This document shows, in pieces, positions 38,542-50,257 of a DNA stretch of 64,000 nt. The DNA is from Mobula hypostoma (taxonomy: Eukaryota), in the NCBI RefSeq assembly GCF_963921235.1, contig NC_086097.1:53074001-53138000 (forward strand). The letters run 5' to 3'. Each line of letters begins with the position of its first letter. Within the stretch, counting starts at the first letter, position 1. The notes under the pieces are model-generated. The model was not told the origin of the DNA, did not search any database, and saw only the letters and a list, made by a program, of their open reading frames with translations. A program made the position numbers and the translations under genes.

Positions 38542-38959
38542 AACACTGACTTCCTGAAGAAGGTCAAGTCTACTTCCTCATTTTGTCACATCATGGCTGA
38601 TTTGGTTTATTTTCGTGTGCTCGTAACAAATTTTTTTTAAGCAAATTGCCAGAACCTCAGACTTGCTAGGTGTTGCAGTCAAACTTCTCTGAAATCTTTG
38701 CATTTAAAACACCCTGGAAAATGATGTTTCTTTACATTGCACTTCTCAATAGCTGACTCTTTCCAATGCTCCTTAGTTCTTTTGCTCAAGGAAATAGTTC
38801 CTTGGCTCGGTTAGACTTGGGGCTGATGTTGCTAGAGGTTCTAAAGAAGTCAGGAATAAGGTTCTCACCATGACTGAGAACCTTCTTATCAACACCTTGA
38901 TGTCCCCATTGACCATCCACATACATCCTGTGGCAAGTAATTCAGCTACTGAATCTTCA

Positions 38960-40441
38960 ACAAAAACAAGAGAAAATCTTCAGATGCTGGAAATCCAAGC
39001 AACACACACAAAATGCTGGAGGAATTCAGCAGGCCAGGAAAAGAGTACAGTCAACGTTTCAGGTCAAAACCCTTCGGCAGGACTGGAGAAAAAAGCTGAG
39101 GAGTAGATTTAAAAGGCGGGGGAGGGGAGACAAAAGCACAAGGTGATAGGTGAAACCTGGAGGGGGAAGATGAAGTAAAGAGCTGGGAAGTTGATTGGTG
39201 GAAGAAACAGAAGGCCTTGAAAGAAAGAAAAGTGGGGAGAAGCACCAGAGGGAGGTAATGGGCAAGCAAGGAGATAAGGCGAGGGAGGGAAAAGAGGATG
39301 GGAAATGGTGAAGGAGGGAGGGGGGACCTCCTCCCTCACTACCATTCAGGGCCCAAGCAGTCCTTCCAGGTGAGGCAACACTTCACCTGTGAGTCTGTTG
39401 GGGTCATATACCATACTGTTTCTGGTGCTCCCGGTGTGGCCTCCTGTACATCGGTGAGGGAGGAGGTGTAGGGAAACGTGTAGCACTTGTTCCACTTGCA
39501 AGGATAAGTGCCAGGAGGGAGATCAGTGGGGAGGGATGAATGGACAAGGAAGTCATGTAGGGAGCGACTGCTGTGGAAAGCAGAAAATTCGGGGAAGGGG
39601 AAGATGAGCTGGGTGGTGAGATCCCATTGGAGGAGGCGGAAGTTTCGGAGAATGATGTGCTGGTGGGCTGGTAGATGTGGACAAGAGGAATCCAACCCCT
39701 GGTAGTGTGGCGGGATGATGGAGTAAGTGCAGACGTGCATAAAATGGAAGAGATGCTCTTGAGGGCTTCCAGATGAGGTGACACTTCACCTGTGAGTCTG
39801 CTGGGGTCATATACTGTGTCCGGTGCTCCCGGTGTGGCCTCCTGTACATCGGTGAGACCCAACATAGATTGGGAGACCGCTTCACTGAGCATCTACGCTC
39901 CATCCACCAGAAAAAATGGGATCTCCCAGTGGCCACCCATTTTAATTCCACTTCCCATTCCGATATGTTGATCCTTGGCCTCCTCCACTGTCGTGATGAG
40001 GCCACACTTAAGTTGGAAGAACAACACGTTATATTCCGTTTGGGTAGCCTACAAACTGATGGCATGAATATTGATTTCTCAAACTTCCAGTAATACTCCC
40101 CAACCCCCTCCCTCCTTCACCACTTCCCATCCCCGCTTCCCTCTCTCACCTTATCTCCTTGCCCACCCATCGCCTCCCTCTGGTGCTCCTTCACCCTTTT
40201 CTTTCTTACGTGGTTTTCTGTTTCTTCCACTAATCAACTTCCCAGCTCTTTATTTCATCTTTCCCCCTCCAATTTTCACCTATCACCTTGTGTTTCTCTC
40301 TCCCCTTCCCCGCCATTTAAATCTACTCCTCAGCTTTCTTCTCCAGTCCTGCCAAAGTGTTTCGGGCCGAGACGTCGACTGTACTCTTTTCCTGAATGCT
40401 GCCTGGTCTGCTGAGTTCCTCCAGCATTTTGTGTGTGTTGC
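38960..40441 (+). mobile_element. Rearranged Penelope-like element with inverted pLTRs and an internal inversion
   Basis: GIY-YIG remnant (GDRFTEHLRS...LEEQHVIFRLGSLQTDGMNIDFSNF). About 39000-39320 is inverted relative to about 40110-40440. Confidence 0.85.
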
Positions 40442-42767
40442 TCCTGAATAAATGTTTCAACTATTTATAATGCACAAGTGAGAGCATGATGGAATAGTTC
40501 CCACCTGCCCAGTTGAATAAGAAGGTTGATACAATCTTGAACAAGCCAGCTCAGTGGACTGGCGCCACCCTAAACTTCCATTTCCTCCGGTATCTGTAGT
40601 TGTAGCAAATCATAAACACGAGAGAGTCTGCAGATACTGGAAATCCAAAGCAACTCACATAAAATGATGGAGAAACTCAGCAGGTCAGGCAGCATCCATG
40701 GAAATGAATAGAGGAATAGAATTCGGAACCTTGGTCTCAGCCTGAAACATTGACTGTTTACTCATTTCCATAGATGCTGCTTGACCAGCTAAGTTCCCTC
40801 AGCATCTATGGTTGCTGTTCATTTTGTAAGTAGCACACAAGTAACCATAGATGGCTGCGTGATTATGTACCAAAACTGCTTGGCTACAAGCTAGAACTGA
40901 AGCAAAGATGAGACATTGACTGGTCCTACAACCTTCGCAATATACGATGTTTTCTTAGTATTTTCCTGATATGATGTGGAGTGTATTGACGTTGCTGAAT
41001 ATTGGCTTCTTTGGTGGTTGGGACCCCGGGAAGTAGTTAATTGCAGTTTTCAATTCTTCATCCTAAATTTAGTACTAACGTACTAACTCCTACTTTTTAA
41101 AGGGCAGGGATGTTCTTGGAACCTCTTCCTCTTGGTTGTGAGATTGCTTAACATTGTTGCATGCTATTTAGTACATATCTAGTCTTTTACCAAGTTGGCA
41201 TTTCAGTATTAGATAAGTATGCCCTTGCTCCTAACACTACTTTCTGCTCTCCTCACTGACCTGGAGCTGATTCACTGGTTTGATTGTAAAAGGTAGAAAT
41301 ATTTGCTACTCTCATACGTGAAATGTTGAAGCGTGGCAGCATGTTAAAGGACATTCTCAAGACTGAGCATTAATATCATGCCAAATTGATTATGACAATT
41401 ATACCAAGACTAGCTTTTTGCACAGGAATTGAATGTAGCACACTACCACAGTCCTAAATGATCTTTCATAAATTCTTGCATAAAATAAAATAAGCCAGAT
41501 GCATGCAGTCTTTGCACTGAAGCAGGCTCCTTGACCCATCATGTGCAAGTTGACTTATTTGTCCATCTACAATAATCCCATTTGCCTGCAAAATATCTGC
41601 AGCCTATTAAAGTGCCTATCTATATGTCTTTTAATTCCATCATCTCTCCTGGATGCATTTCCAGATATTAACCACTCTGTGCAAAAATCTTTTTCCTCAA
41701 GTCCCCCTTTGTACCTTTTTCCTCTCAAACTTATGCACTCTTTTTTTTGATACCCCTACTATAGGTAAAAGATTCTAACTATCTATCCTTTAAATCTTAC
41801 ATAGCTCTCTTAGTTCATCCCAAAGCCTCCTCACCCCCAGGGAAAACAAACCAGCCTATCTTAACTCTCCTCATAACTGAAGTCTCTATCCCAGGTGACA
41901 TCCTGGTGAATCTCCTTGGTACTCTTTCGAGCACAACCCCTACCTTTCTTCAGTGTGGTGTCCAAAATTGCACACAATACCCAAGTGTGGTTTAACCAGT
42001 ATTTTGTAATCTATATCCCCAGCTATCAAGACAAGAACGACATATATCTTTCTGAATTCACTCTTCCGAAGTCTGATATCATGTCCACAGTGGGTGACTG
42101 TGGGTTCGGGTGCACTGGTGGCTGTCCAATTGGGTGGTGCCATTTCAATCCCCTTCCGTTCAAATGTACATAGAATGCATTAAACTCATTGGGAATGACT
42201 GTGCTGTTGTCAATGACGTTGCCTGTTGTAGTCTACTGTAGAATGTAGGGTGATTTTTCACCACTCTGTTTCGCTATGTTGCAACTATGGACTCCAATTC
42301 CAAAGCTCCTGTGTTCATCAACATGCCTTAGCATCCGACCAAAAACAATATTGCACCTAGATTCATTCGTCTTTCCAAAATGTATCAAATTGCATTGTTG
42401 GGATTAAATTCTATCTACTAAAGCTTCCCCTACCTTTCCATCTGATCTATATCCTACTATAACTGCAGATAACCTTCCTTGATATCCACAATATTGCTAA
42501 CTTTCAATATCAAAGAACACAACAATTCATATTCACAAAAGCATTCACAAGTCATCCTCAGATTTACTAAACATAACATCTACAATCACGTGTAAGTCAC
42601 TAATATACATTACAAACAACAAAATCGCCAATCCCTGTGGTATATAACTGGTCACAGTCCTCCAATCAGAAAACTATTCCTCCACCACTACTGTCTCGCC
42701 TCCTTTTGAATCAAAATCAGCTCCCATGGAATTCTTTGTACCTCTGTCTTTTGAACCAGCCTATTAA

Positions 42768-44315
42768 TAGATAAAAGAAATAGTGGATGCATTAGTGATA
42801 ATTTTTCAAAACTCATTAGATTCTGGACTAGTTCCTGAGGATTGGAGGGTGGCTAATGTAACCCCAATTTTTAAAAAAGGAGGGAGAGAGAAACCGGGGA
42901 ATTATAGACCGGTTAGCCTAACGTCGGTGGTGGGGAAACTGCTGGAGTTAGTTATCAAGGATGTGATAACAGCACATTTGGAAAGCGGAGAAATGATCGG
43001 ACAAAGTCAGCATGGATTTGTGAAAGGAAAATCATGTCTGACGAATCTCATAGAATTTTTTGAGGATGTAACTAGTAGAGTGGATAGGGGAGAACCAGTG
43101 GATGTGGTATATTTGGATTTTCAAAAGGCTTTTGACAAGGTCCCACACAGGAGATTAGTGTGCAAACTTAAAGCACACGGTATTGGGGGTAAGGTATTGG
43201 TGTGGGTGGAGAATTGGTTAGCAGACAGGAAGCAAAGAGTGGGAATAAACGGGACCTTTTCAGAATGGCAGGCGGTGACTAGTGGGGTACCGCAAGGCTC
43301 AGTGCTGGGACCCCAGTTGTTTACAATATATATTAATGACTTGGATGAGGGAATTAAATGCAGCATCTCCAAGTTTGCGGATGACACGAAGCTGGGCGGC
43401 AGTGTTAGCAGTGAGGAGGATGCTAAGAGGATGCAGGGTGACTTGGATAGGTTGGGTGAGTGGGCAAACTCATGGCAGATGCAATTTAATGTGGATAAAT
43501 GTGAAGTTATCCACTTTGGTGGCAAAAATAGGAAAACAGATTATTATCTGAATGGTGGCCGATTAGGAAAAGGGGAGGTGCAACAAGACCTGGGTGTCAT
43601 TATACACCAGTCATTGAAAGTGGGCATGCAGGTACAGCAGGCGGTGAAAAAGGCGAATGGTATGCTGGCATTTATAGCGAGAGGATTCGAGTACAGGAGC
43701 AGGGAGGTACTACTGCAGTTGTACAAGGCCTTGGTGAGACCACACCTGGAGTATTGTGTGCAGTTTTGGTCCCCTAATCTGAGGAAAGACATCTTTGCCA
43801 TAGAGGGAGTACAAAGAAGGTTCACCAGATTGATTCCTGGGATGGCAGGACTTTCATATGAAGAAAGACTGGATGAACTGGGCTTGTACTCGTTGGAATT
43901 TAGAAGATTGAGGGGGGATCTGATTGAAACGTATAAGATCCTAAAGGGATTGGACAGGCTAGATGCAGGAAGATTGTTCCCGATGTTGGGGAAGTCCAGA
44001 ATGAGGGGTCACAGTTTGAGGATAGAGGGGAAGCCTTTTAGGACCGAGATTAGGAGGAACTTCTTCACACAGAGAGTGGTGAATCTGTGGAATTCTCTGC
44101 CACAGCAAACTGTTGAGGCCAGTTCATTGGCTATGTTTAAGAGGGAGTTAGATATGGCCCTTGTGGCTACAGGGGTCAAGGGGTATGGAGGGAAGGCTGG
44201 GGCGGGGTTCTGAGTTGGATGATCAGCCATGATCATAATAAATGACGGTGCAGGCTCGAAGGGCCGAATGGCCTACTCCTGCACCTATTTTCTACGTTTC
44301 TATGTTTCTATGTTT
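42768..44315 (+). mobile_element. Young 5'-truncated CR1 LINE with an uninterrupted 476-codon RT ORF (42783-44213)
   Basis: NYRPVSLTS, YLDFQKAFDKVPH, PQGSVLGP, KFADDTKL all in one frame. (TTCTATGT)n tail and 7-bp TSD CTATTAA (42761-42767 and 44316-44322). It sits inside an older antisense CR1 (about 41500-45500). Confidence 0.95.
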
Positions 44316-46230
44316 CTATTAAGTGTGACCTTGTCAACTACTTTACTAAAGTCCATGTTAATAAAATCACCCACTTACCAATGCAAAATAAAACTCTGTC
44401 AAATTAGTGAGACAAGATTTTCTCCATTTTGGCTACCCCTGTTCAGCCCTTGCCTTTCCAAATGCCTATAAGTCCAACCATTTAGGAGTTTTCCCAATGA
44501 TTTTGCTACGATTGACGTAGGGTTCACCATCCTATAGTTATCTGACTTATTCCTGATTCCCTTTTTAAATAAAGGAAAAAAATAGCCAATTCTCCAGGCA
44601 TCTGATTCTTTACCTGTGGCTAACAAAGAAGCAATAATTTTTGTCAGGGCCTTAGTTTTCTTTTCCTTTGCTTCTCATAGCTACCTGGAATAGATCTCAT
44701 GCATCTATAGGGATTTATCAATCCATATGTGGCACATGACATCCAACGCCTCCTCCTTAATGGTGATCTAATCCAGATGATCACTGTGCCCCTCCCTAAT
44801 TCATTACCTCCATGTCCTTCTCCCTTGGGAACCACTCCTTCCCTCAGCCCAGTTTCCATGATTACTGATCCAATCTTCATTTCCATCTGTCTTCATCACA
44901 AAGCTCACTACATTAAAGTATTTGAACCTGCCAGTCCTCTCATGCTCCCTAACCTGCCTCTGTCACTCTGCCCACTGAATTTGCTTAAATTAACATCTAC
45001 ATTTTTCTCCCCACCAACTATGCTGCCCAACCCCCCGCCGAGTTAGTTGAAACACTCCCAAGTAGTATGAGCAAACCTCCCTGCAATGATATTGGTCCTC
45101 CTGCAGTTTAGGTGCAACCCCTCATCCTTGTACTGGTCCCACCTACCCTAGAAGCAAACCCAGTGATCCAAATTACCTAAAGCCCTCCCTCATGCACCAT
45201 CTACCTTATTGGAGACATCCCTTACCCCAGAACAACATGATTTTGGAATCTTACTCTCAGTCACAGAAGCATCTGTCTGCTCCCCTCACTAATGAATCCC
45301 CCATAACTATTGTTCCCCTTCAGGGGTTCCTTCCCCTGTTGTGAATCAGAGCCAACTGTGGTGCCACAAACTCCATGAACTTGGCTACTGCTGCTGATCA
45401 CACCCCCCCCCCAACCACCACCAGTAACCAAACAGTATTTAATAATGATATACCTGTTTGAGAGTGTCTCCTGCACGTTCTCCATGCAATTACTGCCTTT
45501 TCTGGCAGTCATCCATCTCCATTCTTACATTATCTGCAGTGGGGCCAACTTGTTAAAACATACTATCTATCTTTTCCACATCCAGAAAATATACATAGGA
45601 TATGACAGAGGAAATTGTTGAGCACTATGCCTTACTCACAGAGGCATTGGTCTAATCAATCATGATTGATTTCACCTTGTGAGTCATACAGTCTCCTTTG
45701 TTCATAACAAAGTATAATTTTTAAACTACTTCCTGTGCAGCAATTTCTGTTTACTGTAGTGAGCCCTACAATTAGTTGGATTTTTAATAACAGTAACTGA
45801 GCAAATGCAGTTAATACATTCCTCTATTGTGTTTCCACAAAAAAAAAATGTTATTTGTGTGTAAAGTAATGTAGATCTGGCCTTACTAATCATAAACTGG
45901 AATCAATGAAATATGAGCTTCTCAACCCCTTGTCATCTTCAAAATGCATTAAAATCAGAATCCATTGCTTTCATTTGCTTAAACACATTGCAATTATGAG
46001 AATACCTTTCAGGTGGAAAAAGCAGTTCAAGGCTTTTTTTTTATATAGAAAATAAGCACCAAACCAAAGGAGGAGTAATTCACAATATGTTCGAAGTATT
46101 TGCAACGAGGTGCATTTTAATTGGGTGGGGTGGGAGCCGGAGCTGGAGGTCTGGGCAAATGATGGCACAAGACGGATCTGACATGGAAAGCCAATGAAGC
46201 CAGATTTGTAGAGGGTGGCGTGGTAGAGCA

Positions 46231-46652
46231 GGCATGGCACATGGTGCAATCCTGGCATGGCATGGCACATGGTGCAATCCTGGCATGGCACATGGTGCAA
46301 TCCTGGCATGGCATGGCACATGGTGCAATCCTGGCATGGCACATGGTGCAATCCTGGCATGGCATGGCACATGGTGCAATCCTGGCATGGCACATGGTGC
46401 AATCCTGGCATGGCACATGGTGCAATCCTGGCATGGCATGGCACATGGTGCAATCCTGGCATGGCATGGCACATGGTGCAATCCTGGCATGGCACATGGT
46501 GCAATCCTGGCATGGCATGGCACATGGTGCAATCCTGGCATGGCACATGGTGCAATCCTGGCATGGCATGGCACATGGTGCAATCCTGGCATGGCACATG
46601 GTGCAATCCTGGCATGGCATGGCACATGGTGCAATCCTGGCATGGCATGGCA
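46231..46652. repeat. Minisatellite: 16 units of GGCATGGCACATGGTGCAATCCT (23 bp) or its +GGCAT variant (28 bp)
   Basis: Eight 23-mers and eight 28-mers, mostly alternating, with no substitutions seen. Confidence 0.97.
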
Positions 46653-46699
46653 GTGTGGGTGCAGCACTGTAGGGTACTGCATGGTGGAGTCGTCGTGGC

Positions 46700-46920
46700 G
46701 CACTGGTGCCGTGGTTAGCATAAAGCTTGCGCCATCCGTAAGAAAGGAATTTGATTTCTGCAGCTTTCCGTAAGGAGTTTGTACATTCTCACTATGATCA
46801 CATAGGTTTCCTCTGGGTGCTCTGATTTCCTCCAATATTCCAAACTAACAGTTAGGGTTGGTGAGTTGTGGGTGTGCTGTGTTGTTGGTACCAATATGTA
46901 CCACAACTCTGGCTGCTCAC
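46700..46920 (+). mobile_element. V-domain-type tRNA SINE, decayed
   Basis: ccgtaaggagtttgtacattctcactatgatcacataggtttcctctgggtgctctgatttcctcc block. Confidence 0.6.
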
Positions 46921-47039
46921 CCTCCCCTTTTAGAATGCTATCCCCGTTCCCCTCAATAACACTTTAGATACTCTTGGGAGGATGACCTAGCAGGGGAAGA
47001 CTGCAGTATGCATTTCTCTAGAACGGCATCAGACTCCGT

Positions 47040-49280
47040 GGCTCAGAGGAAAGGGGGAGAAGTGAGGAACCAGAGGATTCAATAGTTAGGGGAGCAGACA
47101 GGACATTTTGTGGACATGAAAAATACTCCCAGATAGTAAGTTGCCTCCCAGCTGCCAGGGTGAGAGACGTCTCAGCTCAGGTCCACAGCACTCTGAAAAG
47201 AAGGGTGAGCAGCCAGAAGACATGGTACATATTAGTACCAATGACATAGGCAGAAAAAGGGATGAAGTCCTGAAGAGAGAATTGAGGGATTTAGGTAGGA
47301 AGCTGAAAAGCAGGACCTCACGGGTAGTAACCTCTGGATTGCTGCTTGTACCACTCACTAGTGAGGGTAAGAATAGGATGATTTGGCAGATGAATGTGTG
47401 GCTGGAGAATTGGTACAAGGGGCAAGATTTCAAATTTGTTGATCATTGGGATTTCTTCTGGAGAAGGTATGACCTGTACAAAAAGGATGGATTATACCAG
47501 GACGTGAGGGAGACCAGTACCCTTGCAGGCAGGTTTACTAGAGCTGTTGGGAGGAGTTTAAACTAGCTTGGCAGGGGGATGGGAGCTAGAGTGATCAGTC
47601 CAAGGCTGGAGCAGTTGGTGTGAAGATAGATGCAGGTGCACAGGCATACCTAATAAAGTGGCCACTGAGTGTACATGAAGAACAGAAGGACGACTAGAGA
47701 TGGAGTAGGAACGACCAGGAATAAAAGAGGAACTATGTGTCTGGTGTTGGAGGAGGTAGGGAAGGCCTTTGCTTCAGGATTCACCAGTGAGAGGGACCGT
47801 GATGAATGTGAAGTCTGCACAGAACAGGCTGATGTGCAGGAACATGTTGATGTTAAGAAAGAGGATCTGCAGGAAAATTTGAAAAACATTAGGATATCTA
47901 AGTTGATGGGCTGTACAGGATATACCCCAGATTACTATGGGAAACAAGGAAGAGACTGGAGTGCCTTTGGCAATGATCACTGCCTACAAGAGCAGTATCA
48001 GAAGACTGGAGGGTGGCAAATGTTAATTCCTTTGATCAAGAGAGGGAGTAGGATTAATCCTGGAAATTATAGACCAGTATGTTTTATATCAGTGATGGCA
48101 AACTTTTGGAGAAGAGTCTTAGTGACAGGATTTACGAGCATTTGGAGAAGACCTGATTAGGGCTTTGTGGGGGGGCAGGTCATGCCTCGCAGGCCTGACT
48201 GAATTCTTCCAGGAAGTCAGGGGGTTTGGGATCCAGGGAAACTTGGCTGCACAGACTCAGAATTGGCTTGCTCACAGAAGAGGGTGCTGGTAGATGGTGC
48301 GTATTTTGCCTGGAGGTCAATGGTCGTGGTTTTTCACAGGGATCTGTTCTGGGACCCTTACTCTTTGTGAGTTTTATTAATGACTTGGATGATGAAGTGG
48401 AAAGGTGGGTTAGTAAGTTTGCAGATGACATGAAGGTTTGTGGTATTGTGGGTATAAGGTTGTCTTAGGTTACACCTGGATACTGATAGGCCGCAGAGTT
48501 GGGCACAGAAGTGACAGGTGGGGTTCAATCCAGAAAACTGTGAAGTAATTCACTTTGGAAGGTCAAACATAAAGCAGAATACAGGGTTAATCCTTAACAG
48601 TGCGGAGGAACAGAGGGTTCTTTGGGTCCATGTCCATAGATCCTACAAAGTTGTGGCATAGGTTGATAGAGTGGTTAAGAAGGCGTATTGTGTGTTGACC
48701 TTCATAAATTGGGGATTGAATTCAAGAGCCAGGAGGAAATGTTACAGCTTTGTAGAACGCTGGTTGGACCACACTTGGAATATTGTGTTCAGTTAGGTCA
48801 ACTCATTATAAGAAGGAAGCTTTAGAGAGGGTGCAGAGGAAATTTACCAGGATGCTGCCTGGATTAGAGAGTATAGGCTGAGTGAGCTAAGGTTTTTGTC
48901 TTTGAAATGAAGAAGGTTTAAAGGTGACTTGATACAGGTGTATAAGATCATAAGAGGCATAGATAAACAGTCAGACACTATTTCTAATACAAGGAGGGCA
49001 TAACTTTACAGTTTTGGAGGAAAGTATAGGAGGATGCCAGAGATAGGTTTTCTTTACACAGATTGAGGTAGGTGCATGGAACCCACTGCCAGAGTCAGTG
49101 GTGGAGGTAGATACATTAGGGGCATTTAAGAGACCCTTAGATAGGCACATAGATGAAAGAAAGATGGAGGGCTAATTGTGAAGGAAGGGTTAGATTGATC
49201 TTAGGGTGGGTTAAAGGGTTGGCACAACATTGTGAGCCGAAGGACTTGTACTATGTTATACTGTTTTATATTCTATATTC
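47040..49280 (+). mobile_element. Decayed CR1 LINE retaining part of ORF1 (SGNH esterase-like) and deleted ORF2
   Basis: VHISTNDIGRKRDEVL...SRVVTSGLL...FVDHWDFFW...LYKKDGL (CR1 ORF1) and NPGNYRPV, QGSVLGPLLFV, SKFADDMK (RT). Confidence 0.85.
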
Positions 49281-49770
49281 AACTTTTGGTGATTGATGTA
49301 CAACGACATCCAAGTCCCTCCATACACTGATAACTTCAGTTTCTCATCTTCTAAAAAATTATCTGCCTTTCTATTTCCCTTAACAAAATGTATGACCCTG
49401 ATATTTTTCCACATGACATTCCATCTCTATCCATATGGTTAACCCAGCCCCAGCTTCCCGAATCTTCCCCAGCCCATACTACAACCCATGTTTGCATAAT
49501 TTGCAAACTTGGATATAATTCACTTGATTGTCTAATGCAAATTATTCATTTAAATGGTGAACAGCTGGGGCCCAAGCACAGATACCCATGGGGCCCTTCC
49601 TGTTGCAGTTTCCCAACGCAAAAAAAAAACTAGTAATTCTTTCTACCCCATAACTAATTTTCAATTCAGACCTATATAATATCCCCAATACTGTGCATTC
49701 TGTTTATCAAATGTTTTCTTGAAGTCCAAATACATCAGAACAATTGATTCAACTTTATTTATTCTGCTGG

Positions 49771-50257
49771 TGTGTATAGGGTGTCTAGGGAGGGGTAGCA
49801 CCTCTGGTGAAGGGGCATGTCATGTCCATTCTGGGCAGCTCATTCCTTTTGTCCCTGCTGGACACTCATCTCTCACCTGTGGCTCCAAATAGCCGTTTGC
49901 ATGTGACGGCAGCCACACTGCTTCGACAGGGAGGCTAAACCAGTGAGGGTAGCCAGTGGGCTCATTCCCCGGTGAGATAGGGACATGCCTGTCCCAGCTC
50001 CAGCAGACCGGGCGGATGAGATCTAGCGAGATCCCAGGGTCAGGAAGGCAGTACTACAATGCTCTGTGGAGAGAGAAGGGAACAACAAGGCATCCACTGC
50101 AACCAAGGAAAACCCCACTTTGTGACACTTGTTTCTTTCACTGGAATCTGACGTTTGAGGTCGAGATAGAGCAACTGGCCCATTACATCGGCTTTTCCAC
50201 TTTAAAAACTCTCCCGCACAGGTTTCCTGTCATCGTCGGACGTGATGGACAGCCACC
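49771..50257 (+). mobile_element. Non-coding retroposon, probably RTE-LINE-derived (5' UTR plus 3' end)
   Basis: Perfect 14-bp TSD ATTTATTCTGCTGG (49757-49770 and 50258-50271). It is GC-rich and structured with no RT motifs. The RTE assignment is from recalled similarity only. Confidence 0.6.

Noticed and set aside
46231..46652. CRISPR array or Cys/His-rich repeat protein gene
   Set aside because: Units are directly adjacent with no unique spacers or cas genes. ORFs appear in all six frames only because the unit lacks stop codons.
47141..47566. Host SGNH esterase gene
   Set aside because: It is the CR1 ORF1 remnant, directly followed by decayed ORF2 and a CR1 3' UTR.
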